Virus record (IMG/VR): IMGVR_UViG_3300036772_000367
Span: 1-64,000 of that record
Origin: a virus
Length of the DNA stretch: 64,000 nt
Reading direction: 5' to 3' (one strand)
The notes beneath the pieces were generated by a model. It had not been told where the DNA came from. It did not search any database and worked only from the letters and a program-made list of their open reading frames with translations. Positions within the stretch are counted from its first letter, which is position 1, and every line of letters begins with the position of its first letter. Shown piece after piece: positions 9,437-16,678 of this stretch. The translations under genes were made by a program, and so were the position numbers.

Positions 9437-10151
9437 CGCCTACGGTCGCGAGCTGCACGACGGTGATCACGTGCTGCCCTGGTGGCGGGAAGGCCAGAAG
9501 CCGATCAACATCCCGACGCAGGCTCGCGACGGCGTGATCGTGGGCCGAGGGACACGCCGCGTGTTCGTCTCCTTCGTTGGGGGCGATTACTACCACGGCC
9601 CCTCGACGTTCCACCGGGTCTACAGCCAGGACCTGATGCTGGCGCGCACGGCGAGCGGTCAACTCGTCATGCCCAGTAGCCGTCGGACCGACGCACTGCT
9701 GTACCGCGACACCACAGGCATGTGGATCTTGGAGATCATGATGCCCCCAGGTGAGAGGGAGTATCAGGTACCGCTCGGCAAGAACTACGCGGACGATCCG
9801 CAGTGGCGGGAGACCGTCGAGGGAATGGCCGACATGTTGATCAACGAAGGTGGTTGGGTCGCCGAAACCGATTACTGGCGGTACGAGAGCGAGACGAAGG
9901 GAGTTAGGAGGGTCGTGAGCGACATCGATCAGACGGCAGGTTGGGAGATCCCCGAGGAGGCTCTGGATCTGGCCGTGGATAACGGAGCCGCCGAGGCGGG
10001 CATCATGCTGGCCGTGGTGCACTCCTGGCAGTGGTTGGCCGATCGGGTGGAGACCGAGTTCCAGCATCCCTCGGCGACCGCAGTGGCAGCCTATCTCCGT
10101 GCACTGGCGGCCCGGGAGGACGCTCATGTCGTCCCAACATCCGGCGCATAA
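9402..10151 (+). CDS. hypothetical protein
   Basis: DAYGRELHDGDHV N-terminus; GAGGA RBS. Confidence 0.65.
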   Translation: MPSIKTNPIFRDAYGRELHDGDHVLPWWREGQKPINIPTQARDGVIVGRGTRRVFVSFVGGDYYHGPSTFHRVYSQDLMLARTASGQLVMPSSRRTDALLYRDTTGMWILEIMMPPGEREYQVPLGKNYADDPQWRETVEGMADMLINEGGWVAETDYWRYESETKGVRRVVSDIDQTAGWEIPEEALDLAVDNGAAEAGIMLAVVHSWQWLADRVETEFQHPSATAVAAYLRALAAREDAHVVPTSGA

Positions 10152-10374
10152 TCATGTGCTGTCAGTGGCTCAGGGCGGTGCGGTGCATGTGCGTACCGAC
10201 ACGAGTGCGCGCCGCATCGCCCTGGGTACGTTGGCCACCACGGAGGTCATGATGACCGAGGGCGAGGTGCGTGGACTCATTCAGGTGCTGGCGGACGAGT
10301 ACACGTCTCTGACCGGTCGGCGACCGTTCGCCAAGCACGGAGCTGTCACTCCTGTGTCTTCAACAGACTCCTAA
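10126..10374 (+). CDS. hypothetical protein
   Basis: ATG after GGGAGG. Confidence 0.5.
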   Translation: MSSQHPAHNHVLSVAQGGAVHVRTDTSARRIALGTLATTEVMMTEGEVRGLIQVLADEYTSLTGRRPFAKHGAVTPVSSTDS

Positions 10375-10447
10375 TCTCACTCAAACAACGTCGGCATAAA
10401 CCTTGCTATACTGTACCTAGTATGTTCCAATCCTCAGTGGAGAGCTC

Positions 10448-10630
10448 ATGACTGATCAGCCGCAATGGAAATGTGCTCGGTGTCAGAAGCCTCTCGACAA
10501 GTGCAAGGGACATCTGACCAGCGAGCCGCCGGCACGACAAGTGGCTCCCAAGGCTGTAGAACCCAAGGTTAAGAGAAAGGGAAAGGGAGACGATGGCAGC
10601 CAACAGTCAGATCGTAAACGGCCCCGATAG
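10448..10630 (+). CDS. small basic Zn-binding protein
   Basis: CARC...CKGH, Lys-rich tail. Confidence 0.5.
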   Translation: MTDQPQWKCARCQKPLDKCKGHLTSEPPARQVAPKAVEPKVKRKGKGDDGSQQSDRKRPR

Positions 10631-10701
10631 CTCTGAGCTGGTCTGGAGCATCATGGACAACGCATATGTGACCAGAGGCTACTGGGAGTGGGTGAACGGA
10701 C

Positions 10702-11088
10702 GTGGGTGCGATCATGGAATCAGTTCCACTGACACCAACATCCGCGACTGAGATTTCCACAATGACGGAGATTCCCGGAACCATCGACCAGTCCAGCAGA
10801 TTCCGCTGTGCCGTCTGCGGGGCCGTGTCGGATGCCGCCGGTCTGGTGCTGGAAGGGCCACTACGGCCACCGCCGGTACCGACTACCAGTCTGACCGAGG
10901 ACGAGCTGCGGCAACGGAGCAATGCGGTCGGCAATCTGTTGGCTGAGTTCATCATCTTCACCCGCGATCACACCACCGTGGTCGAGGCCCGCAAGCGCAT
11001 CCAGCGGCTCGTGTTGATGCTGGACGACCTCTACGCACCCACTACGACGGCCGAGCCTTCCGACTCGGCGGTGTCTGTTACCGAGTAA
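10702..11088 (+). CDS. hypothetical protein
   Basis: ORF with CAVC; start uncertain. Confidence 0.5.
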   Translation: MGAIMESVPLTPTSATEISTMTEIPGTIDQSSRFRCAVCGAVSDAAGLVLEGPLRPPPVPTTSLTEDELRQRSNAVGNLLAEFIIFTRDHTTVVEARKRIQRLVLMLDDLYAPTTTAEPSDSAVSVTE

Positions 11089-11099
11089 GGAGCCCTACC

Positions 11100-11939
11100 T
11101 TGGCTAGGAAAATTGTACTGCCCACCGAACCACACGAGCCCATCTTCACCATCGAGTCGGTAACACCTGCGATGGCCGAGGAGTGGTTGGAGAACAACGT
11201 CAACAACCGTTCTCTGAGCATGGTTCTGGTCAAGCAGTACGCCCGTGACATGGAGCAAGGCAACTGGAAGCTCGTCGGCGACCCCGTCCGGTTCTCCCCC
11301 GATGGCAATCTGATCGACGGCCAGAAGCGACTGGCCGCGATCGTGCTGTCCGGCACGACCCAGCGGTTCGTCGTGGCCAGGAACGTCCCGGAAGAGGATC
11401 GGTTGATCATGGACTCCGGCCAGAAGAGGTCGGCTGCGCACTCCATGCAGATGCAGGGCCTCAAGGACGCGAACGCCATCGCCGGCATGGTCCGGCTGTT
11501 GCTCCAGTGGCAGCAGGGTCTCTTGCTGGAGCGGGTCACGTTCAGCAACCAGGAGTTGCAGAGCTTCGTGGAGACCTTCGAGCCGGACTTGTACACGGCG
11601 GTGTCCCTCGGCCACCAGGCCCGCAGCACGATGTACGCCCGCGTGCCGGTCGCCGGAGCGGTGTACTTCCGCGCGGTGCACCACTTCGGGGCCGACTTCA
11701 CCGAAGATTTCTACCAAAAGTTGATCTCGGGGGAGGAAATCCCCTCTGGCAGTCCCATCGGCGCGTTCCGGCGCAGTGTTTGGCGCGCGAAGTCGGAGAA
11801 CTTGTACATGCCGCGCAACACGGAGCTGTTCTACAACATCCGAGCACTCAACGCCGTTGCCAAGGGCGAGAAGCTCGTCAAGATGAACTTGCCCCGAGGT
11901 GATTGGCGGATCGAGCACTTCGACTTCGTCACCACGTAA
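11100..11939 (+). CDS. ParB/Srx-like domain protein
   Basis: VTPAMAEEWLENNVNNR...LIDGQKRLAA; TTG after AAGGAG. Confidence 0.75.
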   Translation: MARKIVLPTEPHEPIFTIESVTPAMAEEWLENNVNNRSLSMVLVKQYARDMEQGNWKLVGDPVRFSPDGNLIDGQKRLAAIVLSGTTQRFVVARNVPEEDRLIMDSGQKRSAAHSMQMQGLKDANAIAGMVRLLLQWQQGLLLERVTFSNQELQSFVETFEPDLYTAVSLGHQARSTMYARVPVAGAVYFRAVHHFGADFTEDFYQKLISGEEIPSGSPIGAFRRSVWRAKSENLYMPRNTELFYNIRALNAVAKGEKLVKMNLPRGDWRIEHFDFVTT

Positions 11940-12022
11940 TTTCCCTACTACCGCACCGGAGGTGGTCATGACGACCCTGATTCGTCAGGGTCGTCGTGCA
12001 CGTAGTCAGAAAGGTGAAATCC

Positions 12023-12259
12023 ATGATGTTGCGACAGCATTTCGAAATGATCGCACGCGTGCTGCTGAACACGGAGATGCCGGCGGCCGTGCGCAAGAAC
12101 TTGGCCGAGTCGTTCGCCCACGAGTTGGTGAGTACCAACTCACACTTCGACAGGGATCGTTTCGTGCAGTCGGCTATGACGCAGGAATCCCCGCTTGCTC
12201 GGGGGCCGTCGATGTCGAGGGCCAAGAAGATTGCTCGTGGTGACAGAGGGGACACGTGA
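12023..12259 (+). CDS. small phage protein (RQHFEMIA...NSHFDRDRF type)
   Basis: AAAGGTGA RBS; motif resembles common small phage proteins. Confidence 0.65.
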   Translation: MMLRQHFEMIARVLLNTEMPAAVRKNLAESFAHELVSTNSHFDRDRFVQSAMTQESPLARGPSMSRAKKIARGDRGDT

Positions 12260-12687
12260 TGAAGGAGAACTCGATCAGTGCTGATGAGCTGGAGGCAGTG
12301 CGCGCCGAGTTGCAGGATTACCAGGACGCCCATATCCAACAGCGCAGCGAGTTGATCCGGCTCCGCAGGGAGCGTCAGAAGCTCTCGGACGCCCTGTACG
12401 GTCCCGGGCAGAAGTTGGCCGAGGGTCCTCATCCCAGCCTCGTCACGCAGGTACAGGGCTTTCTTAACGAGCTGCGGGAGCTGACCCGTGTGCAGAACGA
12501 GTACACCTCGCGGTTGAGGCGCGTCATCAGGAATGTCTTGACCTCGTTCGAGAGGGAGATCGGCTGGACGGAGAAGACCGGAGCCGCTGAACGGCTTCGA
12601 GGCATCCCAGCGGACAAGCTCGATGACGTGGTGGATTCGATCATGCGCCACCCGCTCCTACACGAGGCGCAGGAGAAGGACTCATGA
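12256..12687 (+). CDS. coiled-coil hypothetical protein
   Basis: GTGA overlap, heptad-like charge pattern. Confidence 0.6.
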   Translation: MMKENSISADELEAVRAELQDYQDAHIQQRSELIRLRRERQKLSDALYGPGQKLAEGPHPSLVTQVQGFLNELRELTRVQNEYTSRLRRVIRNVLTSFEREIGWTEKTGAAERLRGIPADKLDDVVDSIMRHPLLHEAQEKDS

Positions 12688-12854
12688 TGATCATCATCGA
12701 GGTGGATGACGCCAACGAGACGGAACTCCGGCTGGCCGGCACCTTCGTCCAGACGGTGGAGCGGGACGGCTTCGTGGGGTTCGAGGACCCCACGGACCAC
12801 TATGACCTCAAAGGCTTCAACGTCGTCAGCATCAGCAGCGTCATGGGTCCCTGA
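12684..12854 (+). CDS. 56-aa acidic protein (not in ORF track)
   Basis: ATGA coupling, AAGGA RBS; MMIIIEVDDANETEL... Confidence 0.6.
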   Translation: MMIIIEVDDANETELRLAGTFVQTVERDGFVGFEDPTDHYDLKGFNVVSISSVMGP

Positions 12855-12873
12855 CCAGGACAAATCAAAATCC

Positions 12874-12903
12874 TTGACTCGTCCGCAGAACCCCGGCTAC
12901 ACT
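12874..12903 (+). promoter_or_regulatory. promoter of tRNA operon
   Basis: A-rich upstream, TTGACT-N18-TACACT. Confidence 0.7.
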
Positions 12904-12911
12904 GGTGCTCA

Positions 12912-13087
12912 GCTCGACCGGACCAGCTCCACCGGGAAACCGGATGGCGGACTCCCGCCCAGGACGGTAAGGTCGAGCATAGGACCTGGACATCGGCCGC
13001 ACTGGAGGTCATCATCAAGCAGGCGAGAGGCCGACAGCGACAGCGCTGAAGGTCTCCAGCAGAACTTTCCTCTTGCAGGGAAGAAGA
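12912..13087 (+). ncRNA. structured leader RNA of tRNA operon
   Basis: GCTCGACC/GGTCGAGC outer stem, CCGG-GAAA-CCGG and other hairpins; internal copy of start-associated motif. Confidence 0.5.
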
Positions 13088-13132
13088 GGTACGAGACAGC
13101 GTTGGCCTGACCTCCGGTGTCTGTCTCGTACC
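13088..13132 (+). ncRNA. hairpin RNA antisense to early-gene RBS motif
   Basis: 12-bp stem; TGACCTCCGGTG (13108-13119) is the reverse complement of CACCGGAGGTCA. Confidence 0.55.
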
Positions 13133-13135
13133 CAA

Positions 13136-13209
13136 CGCGGAGTGGCGCAACTCGGTAGCGCGCTGGGCTCATAACCCAGAGGTCCCTGGTTCGAATCCAG
13201 GCTCCGCTA
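13136..13209 (+). tRNA. tRNA-fMet(CAT)
   Basis: cloverleaf, C1:U72 mismatch, three G-C pairs in anticodon stem. Confidence 0.93.
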
Positions 13210-13254
13210 CGTAGGATAGATGTGGGTCGGACTTAGGCCGTCAGCATATGATCT

Positions 13255-13273
13255 CTGACAACTCCATGACCAT
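13255..13273 (+). repeat. left arm of 19-bp inverted repeat (boxA-like)
   Basis: CTGACAACTCCATGACCAT is the exact reverse complement of 23743-23761. Confidence 0.9.
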
Positions 13274-13372
13274 TCCCGGTAGTCCGCCAAGCTACTGGGC
13301 TGTGCGGGGCAGTCTCCCCGTGTATCAATCCTTGACGGCCGTCCGTGTCATATAGCGGATCGGACGGCCGAT

Positions 13373-13443
13373 GACGGAGTGGCCGAGAGGCGAGGCGACC
13401 GCCTGCAAAGCGGTGCACACGGGTTCGAATCCCGTCTCTGTCT
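13373..13443 (+). tRNA. tRNA-Cys(GCA)
   Basis: cloverleaf, loop CTGCAAA, U73. Confidence 0.92.
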
Positions 13444-13505
13444 CATAGGCTCCTAGGAGGGCACCAGTTGTCTGGACTGGTGGGAGTGAGGAAAGCCCTC
13501 CGCTT

Positions 13506-13578
13506 GGGGTCGTGGCGCAATTGGTAGCGCGCCTGTCTGGCAGACAGGGGGTTGTGGGTTCAATTCCCACCGATTCCA
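13506..13578 (+). tRNA. tRNA-Ala(GGC)
   Basis: cloverleaf, G3.U70. Confidence 0.92.
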
Positions 13579-13708
13579 CGGCTGATGTTCGACTACGTGC
13601 GCCATGCCTGTAGGCGGAAGACATCAGTGGCCGGCACCAGCCTGCTGCGGCAGGGTGACCCGGCGTCCGGTCTGAGGGCTCCAACATTGTCCTCAGACCG
13701 GACCATAA

Positions 13709-13781
13709 GGGCTGCTAGCTTAATTGGAAGAGCGACTCCTTTGCACGGAGTTAGGTCGGGGTTCGAGTCCCCGGTGGTCCA
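13709..13781 (+). tRNA. tRNA-Ala(TGC)
   Basis: cloverleaf, G3.U70. Confidence 0.92.
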
Positions 13782-13883
13782 CGTGGGAATGCAGGTCAAC
13801 ATCACCTTCCCTCCCCAGGAGACTTGCATTCCCCTTTTCCAAGGAGGTGGTTGTTCATGGATTAGCTCCCCTAGGAGGTAATC

Positions 13884-14096
13884 GTGAGCAGGACCGATAA
13901 AGATCGCAAGCGCCACCATCTGCCCGAGGACGAACAGCCTCGTATCTTCCACGGTGGCGGCGACTGGCAGGGCATCAACAGGTACGTGAACATGTACTTC
14001 ACCAGGCCCGACCGGCGCCGCGCCAAGCGCGCGTGCCAGCTCGGACAGGAGTACACCAGGCCCCATCGTCACGATGGGCGCTGGATGTACTGGTAG
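13884..14096 (+). CDS. small basic protein (MSRT...W type)
   Basis: GTG after AGGAGGT. Confidence 0.65.
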   Translation: MSRTDKDRKRHHLPEDEQPRIFHGGGDWQGINRYVNMYFTRPDRRRAKRACQLGQEYTRPHRHDGRWMYW

Positions 14097-14204
14097 ACGG
14101 AGTCGGCTACCTGGGAGATACCCCGGTGCACCGGGACGGCTCAGGTCCGTTGAAATGCCGACCGCGCTGCCTGCCTCACCCCCCTGCGGTAGGCAGCGCG
14201 TCAT

Positions 14205-14278
14205 GGTGGATGTAGCTCAGCTGGCAGAGCGCCGGGCCGTGGTCCCGGAGGCGGTGGGTTCGAACCCCACCATTCACC
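14205..14278 (+). tRNA. tRNA-His(GTG)
   Basis: cloverleaf, G-1:C73, unusual C33. Confidence 0.9.
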
Positions 14279-14281
14279 CGA

Positions 14282-14346
14282 GAGAGAAAGACCAGGTTTG
14301 AATCCTGGCTGGCGACAGTCGGCAGTGTGTGAAGAGCACGCCTCTC
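14282..14346 (+). ncRNA. circularly permuted tRNA-like RNA 1
   Basis: T arm, then acceptor hairpin closed by GACA, then D arm, closed by GAGAG/CTCTC. Confidence 0.5.
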
Positions 14347-14352
14347 GTTATA

Positions 14353-14419
14353 CGCAGTGCGCCGCAACGGCCTCGTGCTTTCAGGAACCGGCCAGCCCGT
14401 TCGAGTCGGGCCACTGCGC
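14353..14419 (+). ncRNA. tRNA-like element, central TCA, defective anticodon stem
   Basis: 7-bp acceptor CGCAGTG/CACTGCG, T arm GCCCG-TTCGAGT-CGGGC, mini D arm. Confidence 0.5.
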
Positions 14420-14530
14420 AGTTCTGCCACGGCAGCTACCCGGTAAGCCCTCCGCTTCGGCCGACACGGTGCCGGGTCGTGGTAGTTGAAACGCTGCACG
14501 GAGCACTTTGGCGCCGAAGTGCTCCACCAT

Positions 14531-14604
14531 GCGGATGTAGCTCAGATTGGTAGAGCGCGACCTTGCCAAGGTCGAGGCCACGGGTTCGATCCCCGTTATC
14601 CGCT
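14531..14604 (+). tRNA. tRNA-Gly(GCC)
   Basis: canonical cloverleaf. Confidence 0.94.
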
Positions 14605-14620
14605 CGCGTTGATTTGACAT

Positions 14621-14693
14621 GCTCCTATCGTCTAGCGGCCTAGGATCTCGGATTTTCACCCCGGGGGCACGGGTTCGAATCCCGTTGGGAGTA
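14621..14693 (+). tRNA. tRNA-Glu(TTC)
   Basis: cloverleaf, one anticodon-stem mismatch. Confidence 0.9.
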
Positions 14694-14697
14694 CGAA

Positions 14698-14772
14698 GGG
14701 AAAGGTAGAGGTTCAATTCCTCTCCGCCCGGCCACATCGGGCGAGTGGTGTTAACGTGGCGTGCACATTCCC
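14698..14772 (+). ncRNA. circularly permuted tRNA-like RNA 2
   Basis: GGGAA-AGGT-T arm-CCGCCCG-G-CCA-cat-CGGGCGAG-TG-D arm-A-TTCCC. Confidence 0.7.
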
Positions 14773-14779
14773 GGCTCTT

Positions 14780-14851
14780 GGCGATTTAGCTCAGTGGAAG
14801 AGTGCTTCCGTGACATGGAAGATGTCCCAGGTTCGATCCCTGGAATCGCTA
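14780..14851 (+). tRNA. tRNA-Val(GAC)
   Basis: cloverleaf, G32. Confidence 0.9.
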
Positions 14852-14852
14852 C

Positions 14853-14925
14853 GGCGGTATAGCTCAGTCGGCAGAGCGCGCGATTCATATTCGCGTCGTC
14901 CCTGGTTCGATCCCAGGTACCGCTA
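14853..14925 (+). tRNA. tRNA-Met(CAT), elongator type
   Basis: cloverleaf, GGC start. Confidence 0.85.
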
Positions 14926-15024
14926 CGTAGTACTCACCCCGAGGTACGCCCGACGTGAGAGCAGGCGGAATTTGTCAGGTATCAGACTGATCATCTGAGG
15001 TTTTGGCGTTCGTGGTCTGCATCC

Positions 15025-15099
15025 GCTCCGTTCGTCTAGTTGGCCTAGGACATCACGTCCTCAGCGTGAAGATCATGGGTTCGAATCCCATACGGAGTA
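15025..15099 (+). tRNA. tRNA-Glu(CTC)
   Basis: cloverleaf, C33. Confidence 0.9.
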
Positions 15100-15174
15100 C
15101 ATGAGGATTCCAGGAGTGGCCACTCCCGAGATCATGCAGGACCCCGATAGCTCAGGAATCCCTGTCGGGGGAAG

Positions 15175-15260
15175 GGAAGTGCGGCGGAGATGGCGGGCCG
15201 CGCCTGACTGTAAATCAGGAGTCCGTAGGACCGTTGGAGGTTCGAATCCTCTCGCTTCCA
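15175..15260 (+). tRNA. tRNA-Tyr(GTA)
   Basis: class II cloverleaf. Confidence 0.92.
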
Positions 15261-15487
15261 CTCGCCCTGGATTGTAGCCAGGGCGAACTACGTCGCCGAA
15301 CTGGAATGGGCACGGCGTCCTGCTCACCCAGGGGATAATGTTGCATACCAGCTACGGAGCGACGACCGTCAACAAGGCTGGGAGGGTTCTAGTCAACCCG
15401 AGCCAGGAAGTGCTGATCGAGGTGGAGTTCTCGGACTGCCCTGAGTCTGGGGACAGAGAAGCTGTTGACGTCGCCCTTCCTGGTCTT

Positions 15488-15560
15488 GCGTCGTTAGCTC
15501 AGTTGGTAGAGCACCATCCTCTTAAGTTGGGGGTCGAGAGTTCGAGCCTCTCACGGCGCA
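15488..15560 (+). tRNA. tRNA-Lys(CTT)
   Basis: cloverleaf. Confidence 0.92.
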
Positions 15561-15985
15561 CTGAGTCGGAACCATTTTTGTGTTTTAGCGGTTCGCCTCA
15601 TATGACAGTTGGCGCAAACAACTTGGCATTTCTCGATTTCACGGAGAATTCGTGACCATGCCAAACCACTGCCAATCATCACACTGAGGTTAGCGATCTT
15701 GTCGTGCTGATGATCGAATTGAAGTACGACAATATCCGTCTCTCCGCAGTCAGTGCATGGATGCTCGATCAAGTAGTCGCAGATCTTGTTTCGTAGTTCT
15801 ACGCCATACTGTTTCTTCCGCGCGTAGCGTGTGGGATTGTGAATGTCCTTAGTTTTCGTATAGTATGCTGCGTTGTATGATTTGCGACATTCTTTGCAAT
15901 GTACCTGTAAGCCGTCCGCCTTGGCTTTATTCGATCCAAATTCGGAGACTGGCTTGTCGTGTTTGCAGCCGGAGCAATATTTCAT
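15551..15985 (-). CDS. HNH endonuclease with N-terminal Zn finger
   Basis: CxxC...CxxC, then PCTDCG...FDH...CANCH; lower GC; only clear minus-strand gene. Confidence 0.88.
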   Translation of the reverse strand: MKYCSGCKHDKPVSEFGSNKAKADGLQVHCKECRKSYNAAYYTKTKDIHNPTRYARKKQYGVELRNKICDYLIEHPCTDCGETDIVVLQFDHQHDKIANLSVMIGSGLAWSRILREIEKCQVVCANCHMRRTAKTQKWFRLSAP

Positions 15986-16010
15986 TGTAAGAGTCTAACA
16001 GAGTAAGAGG

Positions 16011-16083
16011 GCTCCCTTAGCTCAGGGGTGAGAGCGGCTGGCTTATATCCAGTGGGTCGGGGGTTCAATTCCTCCAGGGAGCA
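16011..16083 (+). tRNA. tRNA-Ile(TAT)
   Basis: cloverleaf, loop CTTATAT. Confidence 0.88.
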
Positions 16084-16149
16084 CGAGGGGACTCGGTCGG
16101 ATCAGGAGGGCCGAGGATATCGGGTAGCGGGCTGACCCCGATGCATGAT

Positions 16150-16221
16150 GGTCCTATAGCTCAGCGGGAGAGCACCTCGTTCACACCGAGGGGGTCGGAG
16201 GTTCAATCCCTCCTGGGACTA
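16150..16221 (+). tRNA. tRNA-Val(CAC)
   Basis: cloverleaf. Confidence 0.92.
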
Positions 16222-16401
16222 CGCCGTACATGCGGCTCCAATCGAGCGTGAGAGGAAAGATCAGCCCTTGCGATCCCGGAATCATCGGCGGGTTAAAGGG
16301 TGTCGGATGGTCTCACGGCGGATAGGGGATGAGTCCGCTAGTCTCTCTACTTGATCCAGGTGATGTTAGGAAGCGAGGGCTGTTGCGCCAGTCCTCGTCT
16401 T

Positions 16402-16475
16402 GGCTGTGTAGCCCAACGGCAGGAGGCACCTGGCTTAGACCCAGGACAGTGCACGTTCGAATCGTGTCGCAGCCA
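16402..16475 (+). tRNA. tRNA-Leu(TAG), short variable loop
   Basis: cloverleaf, Leu-type D arm, A73. Confidence 0.9.
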
Positions 16476-16603
16476 CGTGGCGCAACGGGAATTGATCACC
16501 CGTTGTTGTTGACAAAGGGCCTTGGTCTGACCCTGCCACAGAAAATTCACCCGCTCTGGCAGCTCATGTCGTCCTAGGCAACGGCGGTGGGCAGGAGCGT
16601 TAA

Positions 16604-16677
16604 ACCCCATTAGCTCAGGCGGATAGAGCGTCGCGCTACGAACGCGAAGGCCGGAGGTTCGAATCCTCTATGGGGTG
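16604..16677 (+). tRNA. tRNA-Arg(ACG)
   Basis: cloverleaf, A20. Confidence 0.93.
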
Positions 16678-16678
16678 C

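Noticed and set aside
10403-10431. TTGCTA promoter before 10448
   Set aside because: The -10 at 17-nt spacing is TCCAAT; TG-C-TATACT may be an extended -10 instead; too ambiguous to list
13579-13665. Hammerhead ribozyme (CTGATG...)
   Set aside because: CTGATGT rather than CUGAUGA, it is paired in a stem, and no GAAA/GUH core is correctly placed; same for 18660-18770
15285-15320. D-arm-like GCCGAACTGGAATGGGC as a fourth permuted tRNA
   Set aside because: No T loop on either side; the preceding hairpin loop ATTGTAG is not a T loop
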